Position numbers and translations under genes: made by a program. A DNA stretch of 59,444 nucleotides from Verrucomicrobiales bacterium (GTDB taxonomy: Bacteria > Verrucomicrobiota > Verrucomicrobiia > Verrucomicrobiales > V1-33): positions 1-59,444 of the forward strand of contig JANOAV010000208.1 in NCBI GenBank assembly GCA_031411295.1. The letters are read 5' to 3'. Below the pieces are notes generated by a model. That model did no database searches. It saw nothing but the letters and a program-made list of their open reading frames with translations, and had not been told where the DNA came from. Positions 26,529 to 36,000 of the stretch are shown in pieces; position 1 is the stretch's first letter; the number at the start of each line of letters is the position of its first letter.

Positions 26529-26606
26529 GTAAGGTAGTCCATCAACGCGGAAACGGTTTCGAATTTTTCTTGCAGCAACTGAGCCGCTGCCGTATTTCAT
26601 CAGGCA

Positions 26607-29060
26607 ATGAAGCGCGCCCTGCCATTGGTCTTCCAAGTTATTTCTGCCAACGTTGCTCTGGCGGCGGGAATCGATTTTGTCCAGCAGGTGCAGCCAGTGT
26701 TGGAGAGTGCCTGTGTGCGGTGCCACAACGCGGAGAAGACGAAGGGCGATTTGCGGCTGGATACGGCCGAGGGATTTAAGAAGGGCGGTAAGAGTGGGTC
26801 GGCGGTGAATTTAAAGGATTTGGATAAGAGTGAACTCTTGCGGCGGATCTCGCTGCCTCGGGGCCACGAAGATTTGATGCCGGAGGAAGGCGATCCTCTC
26901 TCCGGGCCATTTAAGAAGTGGCTGATCGAGTGGGTGAAGTCGGGCGCAGTGTGGCCGGAGGGCGTGGTGTTGCGGGCGCACAAGAAGGAAATTGTGGGGC
27001 TGGGGGAGCATGGGTTGATCCCTCTGCAGGCGCCAAAATCGGTGGCTCAGGCAGCGGATTGGATTGAGGAGGTCTTGCAGAGCGAACAAGCGGCGGAGAA
27101 ACTTCCCGTGGCTTCACTCAAGGTCGATGATTTGTCGTTTCTCCGGCGGGCTTCGGTGGATTTGATCGGGCGGATTCCGACGGTCGATGAGATCGCAGCA
27201 TTTCAAGCGATGCCTGAGGCGTCACGCCGGGAGCAATGGATTGATCAACTGCTGAAGGACGCTCGCTTCTCCGAGCGCTGGACGGTGTTCTTTGCGGACA
27301 TGCTGCGGATTCGCTCGCAGGCGGACGGCGGATCGCAGTTGCTGGAGTATGTGCGGCGGAGTTTGCAGGACGGAAAGCCTTACGATGAAATGACCCGGGA
27401 GTTGATCGGCACCAATGGCCATCCGCAACAACGCCCTGCGGCAGGTTTCGTGCTGAGTGATGAAGTGCAGCCGATGGCGCTCGCGGGTGCCACTGCGCAA
27501 ATTTTCCTCGGCCTGCGTCTGGCCTGTGCCGAGTGCCATGACCACCCGTTTGATGATTGGAAACAAAAAGAATTCTATGAGCTGGCGGCCTTCTTCGGCC
27601 AATCGAAACGCGTGGAAGTGGGCAAGGTGAAGCGGATTTACACCACGGAAACGGAGACCATGACCGTGCAATGGCCGCCGGAACTCGAAAAGCCACCAAC
27701 GCGTGCTGCCGTGGCTCCCAAGTTCCCCTTTGAATTGGTGACTTACAAGGAGACGCCGCAGTTCATAAAACGATTCGAGCAGACCCGCCAGCAACCTGTC
27801 AAAGCAACGTCCAAGGGAGCGACGGACAAATCGCTGGATGCCCTGCTGGATGAACCAACCACGGCCTCCAGCAAGGCGCAGGACGAGGCCATGGCCAGCA
27901 AGGAGGCGAAAGCTGCGTTGCAGAAAATTGACGTTACCAAAGATCTCTATCGCGCCAGTGCCCTGCGTGAGAAACTGGCTGGGTTAATCACGGATCCGCG
28001 GAATCCTTACTTCGCCAGAGCCTTTGTAAATCGCGTCTGGGCGGAACTTGTCGGTCGTGGGTTTGTGGAGCCGCTGGATAATTTCTCTGCCTACAATCAA
28101 CTGCGTTACCCGCAAACGCTGCAATTCATCGCCCAGGAATTCACCGCCACCGGCTACGATGTCCGGCAGTTGATCAAACTCATCATGCTCTCCGCGCCTT
28201 ATCAACGCGGTCATCTCGCGGCGGGCGCAGATGCGGCCACGGTGGCGCTGGCGGAAACCAGTTTCCGCACCACGCGGCCCCGGCGGGTCTTGGGCGAAGC
28301 GTTATTTGATAGCGTGATTACCGCCGGGCATCTCCTGGATTTCAAATGGCCCACGGGTGCCAACTTGCGCGAAGTTTCTCGTCAGGTCCGCGTCCCTCTG
28401 GCTCCCACCAACCCGTCCGAAAAGTCCGATCAGCCTGCTAAATCTGATCCGCCCATGATGATGACTGGCAAACCCGCCGCCAAGCCCTACGATGTCGAGA
28501 ATACTCTGAGCCGATCCCCATCAGAGGTCGCCAACAACGCGGCCAAAGAACTGGCCGCCATGAAGGCCGAAGCGGATGCTGCCTTGGAGGCTGAAAAGAT
28601 GGCCAAGGCCATGGCCGCTCGAGCCACCAACAACGAACGCTACAAACTCGAAACCATCACCGAGCGCATCGACGATAATCCGAAATTTTCCAGCACCCTG
28701 CTGATGCCAACACCCGCGCCACCGTCGCATTTCCTGCGGGTCTTCGGCCAGCCTGCGCGCGATGGTTTGGGCGAGTTTCGCGACGAAGCGCCTTCGCTGC
28801 GTCAGGAACTACTGATGCTCAATGGCAAGGCCACCCATGAGGCCGCCCGCGTGGGGCCGCTGGAACCGCTTGCCAAGCTGATGGCGGATCCTCGCAAAGC
28901 CATCGAACATGCCTATTTGGAAATTCTCACGCGTCGTCCTTCTGATGAGGAACAACGCGATGCCCAGGCCGTCCTCAGCGGTGCCTCCACGCCGGTTGAA
29001 GGCATGGCGGATTTGCGTTGGGCGCTCTTTAATTGTCACGAATTCCGCTACCTTCCCTAA
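26607..29060 (+). CDS. Planctomycete-type cytochrome c plus DUF1549/DUF1553 domain protein
   Basis: Signal peptide, DF..QVQPVLESACVRCH..KGDLRLD, FLRRASVDLIGRIPT, CAECHDHPFD, FVNRVWAELVGRG and DLRWALFNCHEF. Confidence 0.92.
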   Translation: MKRALPLVFQVISANVALAAGIDFVQQVQPVLESACVRCHNAEKTKGDLRLDTAEGFKKGGKSGSAVNLKDLDKSELLRRISLPRGHEDLMPEEGDPLSGPFKKWLIEWVKSGAVWPEGVVLRAHKKEIVGLGEHGLIPLQAPKSVAQAADWIEEVLQSEQAAEKLPVASLKVDDLSFLRRASVDLIGRIPTVDEIAAFQAMPEASRREQWIDQLLKDARFSERWTVFFADMLRIRSQADGGSQLLEYVRRSLQDGKPYDEMTRELIGTNGHPQQRPAAGFVLSDEVQPMALAGATAQIFLGLRLACAECHDHPFDDWKQKEFYELAAFFGQSKRVEVGKVKRIYTTETETMTVQWPPELEKPPTRAAVAPKFPFELVTYKETPQFIKRFEQTRQQPVKATSKGATDKSLDALLDEPTTASSKAQDEAMASKEAKAALQKIDVTKDLYRASALREKLAGLITDPRNPYFARAFVNRVWAELVGRGFVEPLDNFSAYNQLRYPQTLQFIAQEFTATGYDVRQLIKLIMLSAPYQRGHLAAGADAATVALAETSFRTTRPRRVLGEALFDSVITAGHLLDFKWPTGANLREVSRQVRVPLAPTNPSEKSDQPAKSDPPMMMTGKPAAKPYDVENTLSRSPSEVANNAAKELAAMKAEADAALEAEKMAKAMAARATNNERYKLETITERIDDNPKFSSTLLMPTPAPPSHFLRVFGQPARDGLGEFRDEAPSLRQELLMLNGKATHEAARVGPLEPLAKLMADPRKAIEHAYLEILTRRPSDEEQRDAQAVLSGASTPVEGMADLRWALFNCHEFRYLP

Positions 29061-29072
29061 CTGCTTAAATTT

Positions 29073-30338
29073 ATGAATGCCTGCACCGATTTCTTCCAAT
29101 CCCGCCGTCGTTTTCTCAAACAGTTCGGCGGTGTGGCCGCTCTGCTCGGGATGCCGGTTCAGCGCTTGCTCGCAGAACTGGGCTCCACCCATGCGCCCAA
29201 GGCGGAGAATGTGATTCTCTTCTGGATGGGCGGCGGCATGAGTCATCTCGATACTTGGGATCCCAAGCCCGGCCGGCCGGTGGGCGGGGATTTGGCTCCC
29301 ATCAAGACCAGTGTGGATGGCATTCAGATCAGTGAAGTTTTCCCGCTGCTCGCGAAACAAATGCACCACTGCGCCCTGATCCGTTCCATCGCGGGGACGA
29401 ATGGCGATCACGGTCGTGCGACCTATGAATTGCAAACGAGTTACCCGCAGAATCCCGCCATCGTGCACCCGGGCTTGGGTTCCATTGTGGTGAATCAAAG
29501 CAAGCCCATGAGTGATTTACCATCCTATATTTCCATCGGCGGCATGGCTCCGCGTGCGGGTTATCTGGGCCAGCGTTGTGAGGCCTATTATGTGGGGCAG
29601 CCAGGCGAGCGCGATCCTTATCTGGCCTTCCCCGAAGGCATTACGCAAGTCCGCGGGCAGAAGCGGCTGGACCTGCTAGCCAAGATGAATTCTCAGCATC
29701 AGGCCGAGGTGAGCGCCCCTGCCTTGCATGAATCCTCCGTCGCGTTGGACGATGCTGTCACCCTCATGCACAGCCCGGCCTTGGCGGCGTTTGATTTGGA
29801 CAAGGAAGATCCGAAAACCATCGAACGCTACGGGGCCACCGAGTTCGGTCGTGCGGCCTTGCTGGCGCGGAAGTTGGTGGAAAAAGGTGTGCGTTTCGTG
29901 CAAGTGAATCGCGGTGGATTCGACATGCACGCCGGCATTTTCCAAGCGATGCGGAATCAAGGCAATGTCATGGATCCAGCTCTGGCGGCCTTGATTGGCG
30001 ATCTGGCAGCTTCTGGTCAACTTGAGAAAACCATGGTCCTTGTGCTCAGTGAGTTTGGTCGCACGCCGGTCATCAACACAGGCGGCGGACGCGATCACCA
30101 TGCGAAATGTTTCAGTTGTCTCTTTGCCGGTGGCGGCATCAAAGGCGGCCAGGTGATTGGCTCATCCGATGCCGATGGCATGGAGCCGAAAGAGCGTCCG
30201 GTGGCTGTGCCGGACTTGCATGCCAGCCTCTGTCACGCTTTGGGCGTGGACTTCACCAAGGAAATGACCACGCCCCTCGGCCGACCCATGAAGCTGGTGA
30301 AAGAAGGTGCCAAGCCGGTGGCGGAATTGTTCGGTTAA
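29073..30338 (+). CDS. DUF1501 domain protein with Tat signal
   Basis: SRRRFLK, GGMSHLDTWDPKP, GVRFVQV, SEFGRTP, GRDHH, GGGIKGGQVIG. Confidence 0.93.
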   Translation: MNACTDFFQSRRRFLKQFGGVAALLGMPVQRLLAELGSTHAPKAENVILFWMGGGMSHLDTWDPKPGRPVGGDLAPIKTSVDGIQISEVFPLLAKQMHHCALIRSIAGTNGDHGRATYELQTSYPQNPAIVHPGLGSIVVNQSKPMSDLPSYISIGGMAPRAGYLGQRCEAYYVGQPGERDPYLAFPEGITQVRGQKRLDLLAKMNSQHQAEVSAPALHESSVALDDAVTLMHSPALAAFDLDKEDPKTIERYGATEFGRAALLARKLVEKGVRFVQVNRGGFDMHAGIFQAMRNQGNVMDPALAALIGDLAASGQLEKTMVLVLSEFGRTPVINTGGGRDHHAKCFSCLFAGGGIKGGQVIGSSDADGMEPKERPVAVPDLHASLCHALGVDFTKEMTTPLGRPMKLVKEGAKPVAELFG

Positions 30339-30374
30339 TCTTGGTTTCTTCCTCTTCCCCTTTTTCATTATCGC

Positions 30375-32615
30375 ATGGTCTCCTCCATTTCGCTTCGTGG
30401 TGCCGTTCTCTGGTGTGGTTGTGGCTGGCTTGTGACGTCGCCATTACGCGCCCAGGAAACACCTCCCAAACCCACTGAGGAAGCCGCTCCGCGTGGTTCC
30501 GTGGTGGAAGATCGCGCTGCGCGCAAACTCCTGGAAGCAGGCGAACTGCGCGAGACCGCAGGCGAATCGGAGAAAGCCATGGAGATCTGGCAATCGGTCA
30601 TCGAACGCTATCCGCGCAGTCGCGTGCGTTTTGCGGCTCATTTAAAGTTAGGCGATTTCTTCCTGAACAAGCAACGCGCCTTTGATCGTGCGCGGACGAA
30701 CTTTGAAATGGCCGCGAGCGAAGAGAATCCAGATCCCGCGGAGCGTGCGCAGGCGATGTTGAAACTGGGTATCAGTTATTCCGAAAGTCGCCTCCATGGC
30801 AAAGCCTTCGCCACCTTTCGCGATCTGATTCAACAATTTCCCAACTCCCCGGAAGTGAATCGAGCCTGGTATCACATTGGGCTCGGACATTTCAAACAAG
30901 GCCACTACAGCCGCGCCATCGAGGCCCTGGAAAAGGTCGGCACGAATCTGGGTGAGGGCGACTCCACGGCCAGCACTATCGAAGCTGGGAAACGGCTCTA
31001 CGTCCGCATTGAGGATCAAGATCTGGCCTTACTGGAGCCAGGCGAAACCGTGAAAGTGCAATGCAAAACGCCCAGTGGGGACACGGAAACGGTGGATTGT
31101 TTACCACTGGGTCGCAACACCGCAGTGGTGTTAGGCTCGGTTCCCACCAAGCTGGGAGCGCCGGTTGCGCAGGATGGCGTCTTGCAAGTGCATGGCGGGG
31201 AAAAAGTGGACATCGTTTACACCGACGAGTTCACGGCCAAACACCAACTCAAGGAAAAGCGCCTCAGCCAAGTCGCAGTCGTCGGCTCGGCCCAAGTTCG
31301 ACTAGCCGATGGTTCCTACGCCGACAGTTTGGATGGCGTGGTTATTGGTAAGATGGCTCATTTGCAGATCATTGACGCGGATTTCGATCTCAGCGACAAA
31401 GCCGATACGCTCACCGCCAAGGCGGAAATTTGGCGACTGAAAAGTGTCACCGCGCCAATCGCAGAGCCGGTGCCAGCCGCCGACACGGAGCCAAAAACGC
31501 CAGAGGCTCCGCCGGAACGCTATGAGAAAATCGACAGCGTTGACGTTTCCCTAACCGAGGTCAACTCCGCCGAAAAGCCCCCTGTCCATACCGCCATCTT
31601 CCGCGGCGGCGTGCTGCTGGAGCCAACCGACAAGCCGAAGGCTGATGATGCAAAACTGCAATGCCAGACGGGCGATCAACTGCGCCTGGTCTTTGTGGAC
31701 GAGACCAATCAGTCCGGCAAACCACGCACCCTGATGGCCGTGGCAGCATGTGTCGAAGGGAATCTGGGCGAAGTCCGCGTCACCAAGCCGGCCATTTCTG
31801 ATCAAACTCTGCGCCTGAAGACCCAACTGGAAACCGCCTCGGCGTTAACGAAAATCGGCACCCACTATCAAGAGTTCGGTCTCGCAGCCAAGGCTACCGC
31901 CAAGTATGAAGAAGCCTTGCTGGTGGTCGAAGCGGTCGTCGTGGAAGCCAATAAAATCGGCGGTCCGATGCTGGAGCAAACCTATGTGCAACTCTGGCGG
32001 ACGTATTTCGCGTTGGAGAAACTGGACCTGGCCGGAGCCGTTTGTGATCGTCTGATTCGCCAATTTCCGGAGAGTGCCTTCATTGATGAAGCCGTCCTGC
32101 AACAATCTGTCGTGGCCCGGAAGCGCAAGGAATTTGGCCGTGCCATCAATCTGCTCAACAGCCTTTTGAAGCTGCAACGAAGCCCGCTGCGGGGCGAAGC
32201 GCAATTCGGCATGGGTGAAGTGTATGAAGAAATGGCCGCCGCCGCCCGCGCCACGGAAAAGCCCGAGGCGCTGGAGCAGATCTATGAAAAAGCCTTCCTC
32301 GCCTATCAAGCCGTTTACGAAAAATTCCCCGAAAGCGGCCGCGTGGGCGAAGCCGTCGCGCGCATGGCAAATTTCTACTATCAAAAGAAAGACTACGCCC
32401 GCGCCATCGATGTCTTCGCCAACGTCCTCAAGGAACACCCGGATGCCAGTTTCCTCGACGTGATTCTCTTCAACTACGGCCGCTGCCTGTATCGCTTGGA
32501 TCGCAAAAAGGAAGCGCGGGAGCAGTTCGATCATCTCCTGGCCGAGTTCCCCACCAGCACTCTCGCCACCGAAGCTCGTCAAATCGGTGAAGCCTTGGAG
32601 AAGGCTGGATTTTGA
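30375..32615 (+). CDS. Exported TPR protein with two internal beta-rich repeat modules
   Basis: Signal peptide. TPR clusters at both ends (ERYPRS, QQFPNS, EKFPES). Internal modules LYVRIEDQD..GDTETV and IIDADFD..HTAIFRG. Confidence 0.8.
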   Translation: MVSSISLRGAVLWCGCGWLVTSPLRAQETPPKPTEEAAPRGSVVEDRAARKLLEAGELRETAGESEKAMEIWQSVIERYPRSRVRFAAHLKLGDFFLNKQRAFDRARTNFEMAASEENPDPAERAQAMLKLGISYSESRLHGKAFATFRDLIQQFPNSPEVNRAWYHIGLGHFKQGHYSRAIEALEKVGTNLGEGDSTASTIEAGKRLYVRIEDQDLALLEPGETVKVQCKTPSGDTETVDCLPLGRNTAVVLGSVPTKLGAPVAQDGVLQVHGGEKVDIVYTDEFTAKHQLKEKRLSQVAVVGSAQVRLADGSYADSLDGVVIGKMAHLQIIDADFDLSDKADTLTAKAEIWRLKSVTAPIAEPVPAADTEPKTPEAPPERYEKIDSVDVSLTEVNSAEKPPVHTAIFRGGVLLEPTDKPKADDAKLQCQTGDQLRLVFVDETNQSGKPRTLMAVAACVEGNLGEVRVTKPAISDQTLRLKTQLETASALTKIGTHYQEFGLAAKATAKYEEALLVVEAVVVEANKIGGPMLEQTYVQLWRTYFALEKLDLAGAVCDRLIRQFPESAFIDEAVLQQSVVARKRKEFGRAINLLNSLLKLQRSPLRGEAQFGMGEVYEEMAAAARATEKPEALEQIYEKAFLAYQAVYEKFPESGRVGEAVARMANFYYQKKDYARAIDVFANVLKEHPDASFLDVILFNYGRCLYRLDRKKEAREQFDHLLAEFPTSTLATEARQIGEALEKAGF

Positions 32616-32741
32616 ACCCCACTCATTCTATTACAAAAGTATATGCTAACTACTAACAAATCATTTCTGAACGACGGCAGTTTAGACGTTCGGAGGCATG
32701 AAGAGTCCCCTCTGCCAGATCAAACAGCCGCTACCACGCCA

Positions 32742-33004
32742 GTAGCGGGCGAGGTAACGAGACCAGCAACACCCGCCGTGTCCTCCCCTCGGCACGATGC
32801 TGGTCTCCTCACGTCGCCCTCCACTTGCTGCGTAGCGGGCGAGGTAACGAGACCAGCAACACCCGCCGTGCGGCCTTCTTGGCGCGATGCTGGTTTCCAA
32901 ACGTCGCCCTCCACTTGCTACGTAGAGGACGAGGTAACGGGACCAGAGTCGCGCACCATCGATTCTATGATGCTTGGCGAGGGTCTCGTGACCTCGCCCG
33001 CTAC
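32742..33004. repeat. Tandem array of three REP-like doublets with 90-bp period
   Basis: GTAG(C/A)GG(G/A)CGAGGTAACG(A/G)GACCAG at 32742, 32832 and 32922. Each is followed by an inverted copy ending at 32824, 32914 and 33004 (last: GGTCTCGTGACCTCGCCCGCTAC). Confidence 0.85.
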
Positions 33005-33046
33005 AAATTCGTCGTTCGGAACTTTTGCAAAGGTCAATCCGCACTC

Positions 33047-36000
33047 ATGAAATCATTTCGCGCGCTACTCCTGATCCCATTCCTCTGCACGGCCACCATT
33101 GTTTCAGCAGCAGAGCCTACCGTCGCTTCCCTGGAAGCCAAGCTGGCGCAAACGGTGGACACCACGCCGGAGGGTGCGACTGCTTTGCTGGCCCTGGTTG
33201 ATTTCCATCGTGCGCAGGCGCTGATTCCTGGTCTGACGCGTCATGCGAAGCGATTCACGGATGCGCATGTCGGTCATGCCCGACACGCTGAAGTCCAAGC
33301 CTTGCTGGTGCAGGGATTGCGCATTTCCTCGCGCCATCCGGAATTGATCGCAGCAGCGCGACAGTTTATCGAACGCTATCCCAACGATGCGCGGCAGTTG
33401 GAGGTGAGCACTGCCTTGCAGGAAAGTTTGGAGTTGAGCAATCGCAAGCGCGAGGCGGCGGACGTGGGTTATGCGGCCTGGCAGCGGGTTGGGATCAAGG
33501 CGTATGATCTCATGGTGCGGTCCCTGCAGTTGTATCGCGAGGTGGATCAGAAGGATGGCTGGAAACGCGCTGCGGAGATGGTGGCTGGAATTTTGGGGGA
33601 TATGTCGCCCGATCACAAGGCCTATGAAATCGGTCAGGAGGGTTTTCACGCCGCGCGTCATCGGGCTGGTGAAATGGAGTTGGCGCAGCAGATTGGGACT
33701 GCGCTGTTGGACCGCAAAGTGCCGTTCCCAGCAGGCGAACTGCAACCATTCCTCATGGAACTGGCCGAGAACTCACGCGGCCTGACTAAGCCCGCGGAGC
33801 AAATTGCTTGCTTGGAAAAAGCCCGCGCGCTGGGCGACAATCCGGAGTTGCTGGCCATGTTAGTCGAGGCTCATCATCAGGCGAAATCCGCGCCCGAAAA
33901 ACTCCAGCCTCTGGTGGCGGACTTCCGGAAGAAATTTCCCGCCCATAAATTTCACTGGTCCGTCGTGGCCGCGCTAGCTGAAGCACAAGGTCGGGCCGGA
34001 CAGTCCGCCAAAGCGCTGGAAACCGCTCTGGAGGTTCTCGCCAATGATGCGGAGGGAGGTCGTGAATTGTTGTCAGCCGATAAATTTATCGTCTGGGCGG
34101 GAGGCAAAGAGAAGCCGGAAAGTTTCGCTCAGGGAGAGAAATTACTGCGTGGTCTACTGGATAAGAAACGGCCTGGAGCCTGGCGCATCGCCTGGACGCT
34201 GGCGTTCGATGTGTTGCGCGATCGCTATCAAAAGCCAGAGAAGGCCAAGGAGGTCGTGCGTTCTCTGATCTTCCAAATGGAGGCGGAGGAATCCAATGTG
34301 GCCAGCGCGCTGGACTGGCTGCTGGATTCCGCTGCGAACGATGCGGAGTTCCAAAAGGATGTGGATCAATGGGTGAAAACGGCGCAACAGCATTTGGACG
34401 TGAAAGTCTATCGGGAGCATCTGGCGGAGTATGCGAAATCCCGCATGGACAAGCCCGAAACCAAGCCCAGAGCCAAACTGGCGGCTGAAGGGGCCGCTAA
34501 ATTGGCCCAGACTCCCTTGCTAAAACTCTGGGCCAAAAGTCAGACCGAAGGAGTCGGACGGCAGGGGCGCGGGGAATTACTTGAGCAAACCCTGCCGCCT
34601 GCGCAGATGTTATTTGTCTTGAAAAAACAAGCTGAGAGTTTCGCCAGTGAGGGTAGTGAGAAAGGGAAGCGCAAAGCCTCTGAGCTGTATCGGCAGTTGG
34701 CAAAACTTGATCCCAGCAACAATGCGGCGGAGCGTTCCTGGCTGTATTTTTGCAGTGGTTTTGCCGAAAAGGAGGAACGCAGCGCGGCGGCGGCAGCCGT
34801 GTTAGCGCAAGCTCCCGTCAGCGATCCCAACGTTTGGTTGGCGTTGATGTCCGTCGCCAAGAAGAATCAGGATCCAGCCATGGCGCGCACCGTGCTGGCT
34901 TGGATCCAACAAGCGGAGAAAGCGCATGGAGCCACCATCGAACGCGCGGGTGAGATCGGGGGCACACTCAAGGAAATGGAACTCAAGGCAGAATCCATGG
35001 CTTGGGCTGAGGCTCATTTCCCACTCGCGCCGTCCAACTGGCAATCGTCCGCCTGCGCACAAACCATTTGGTCTCTCCTGCCGGAGAAGAGCGATGCCCG
35101 ACTGGCTTTTGCCAAAAAGGCGATGGATCAGGAGTCATCCTTCTTTGGGGCTTATGCCGGATGGTTGGCAGATGAGTATTTGAACCGCCGGGACTTCACC
35201 AATTTCCAAGCAACCATTCAAGCGGCTGTCAAACGTCGGCCGGATCGACCGATCTCCGGCTGGGGCATGGGGGAGTATCCGGCACGCTCCTGGCTGGAGT
35301 GGGCCATGACCGACAAGGAAATCACGGAGGAACACAAGCAGATCATTTATGCCACCGTGAGGGATATGGAGGTGGGAGCCGTGAGTGGCAAAGCTGCGCT
35401 GCTGGCAACCCCGAAGGCCGATGCGTGGGAACGGCTGCAGCTTTGGCAGCAGGCCGCCGTGCACGCCTCCAATCAAGGCGAAACCTGGAATCACTTGCGC
35501 CCACTGGCGCAGAGTGCCCTCGCCCGAGGCGAGTTTGCCGAAGCTGGGACATTGTTCGCGAGTCTGGTCGCTAACATTACTCAAGTGGATTCCGCCACGC
35601 AGGAATCAGGCCGGGCTGGACTTCGTTCCGCCTACTCCCGTCTGGGCGTGGTGGGCTTTGATGAAAAGGCGGGTGGAGCCGCAGCCCCCGTGCTGGCGAT
35701 TGCCACGCATTTGCAACTGGGGGAGGAAAGGCTCGCGGCCAAGGCCTATAAGGATCATCGGGACTTGTTCGATAAATATTATCTGGATCTTCCCGTCGAG
35801 GTAGTCCTATTTGCCGCCAAGCAGCACATGACTGCAGGCACGGATGCGGAGCATAATCGCACGGAGGATTTGCTGCGGCAGTGGTTGATTAAATTTAGCG
35901 AAAAAGAAGACATCCCGGCCACAGATAAATCGCGCATGCAATTGCTGCTGGCCAAGAACTACGATCTGGGAGGCCGCTGGGAGGCCGCCCGCAGCGAATA

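Noticed and set aside
32742..33004. Possible CRISPR array (regularly spaced repeats)
   Set aside because: The 90-bp units are inverted doublets whose intervening sequences resemble each other, there are only three units, and no cas genes are present. A REP array fits better.
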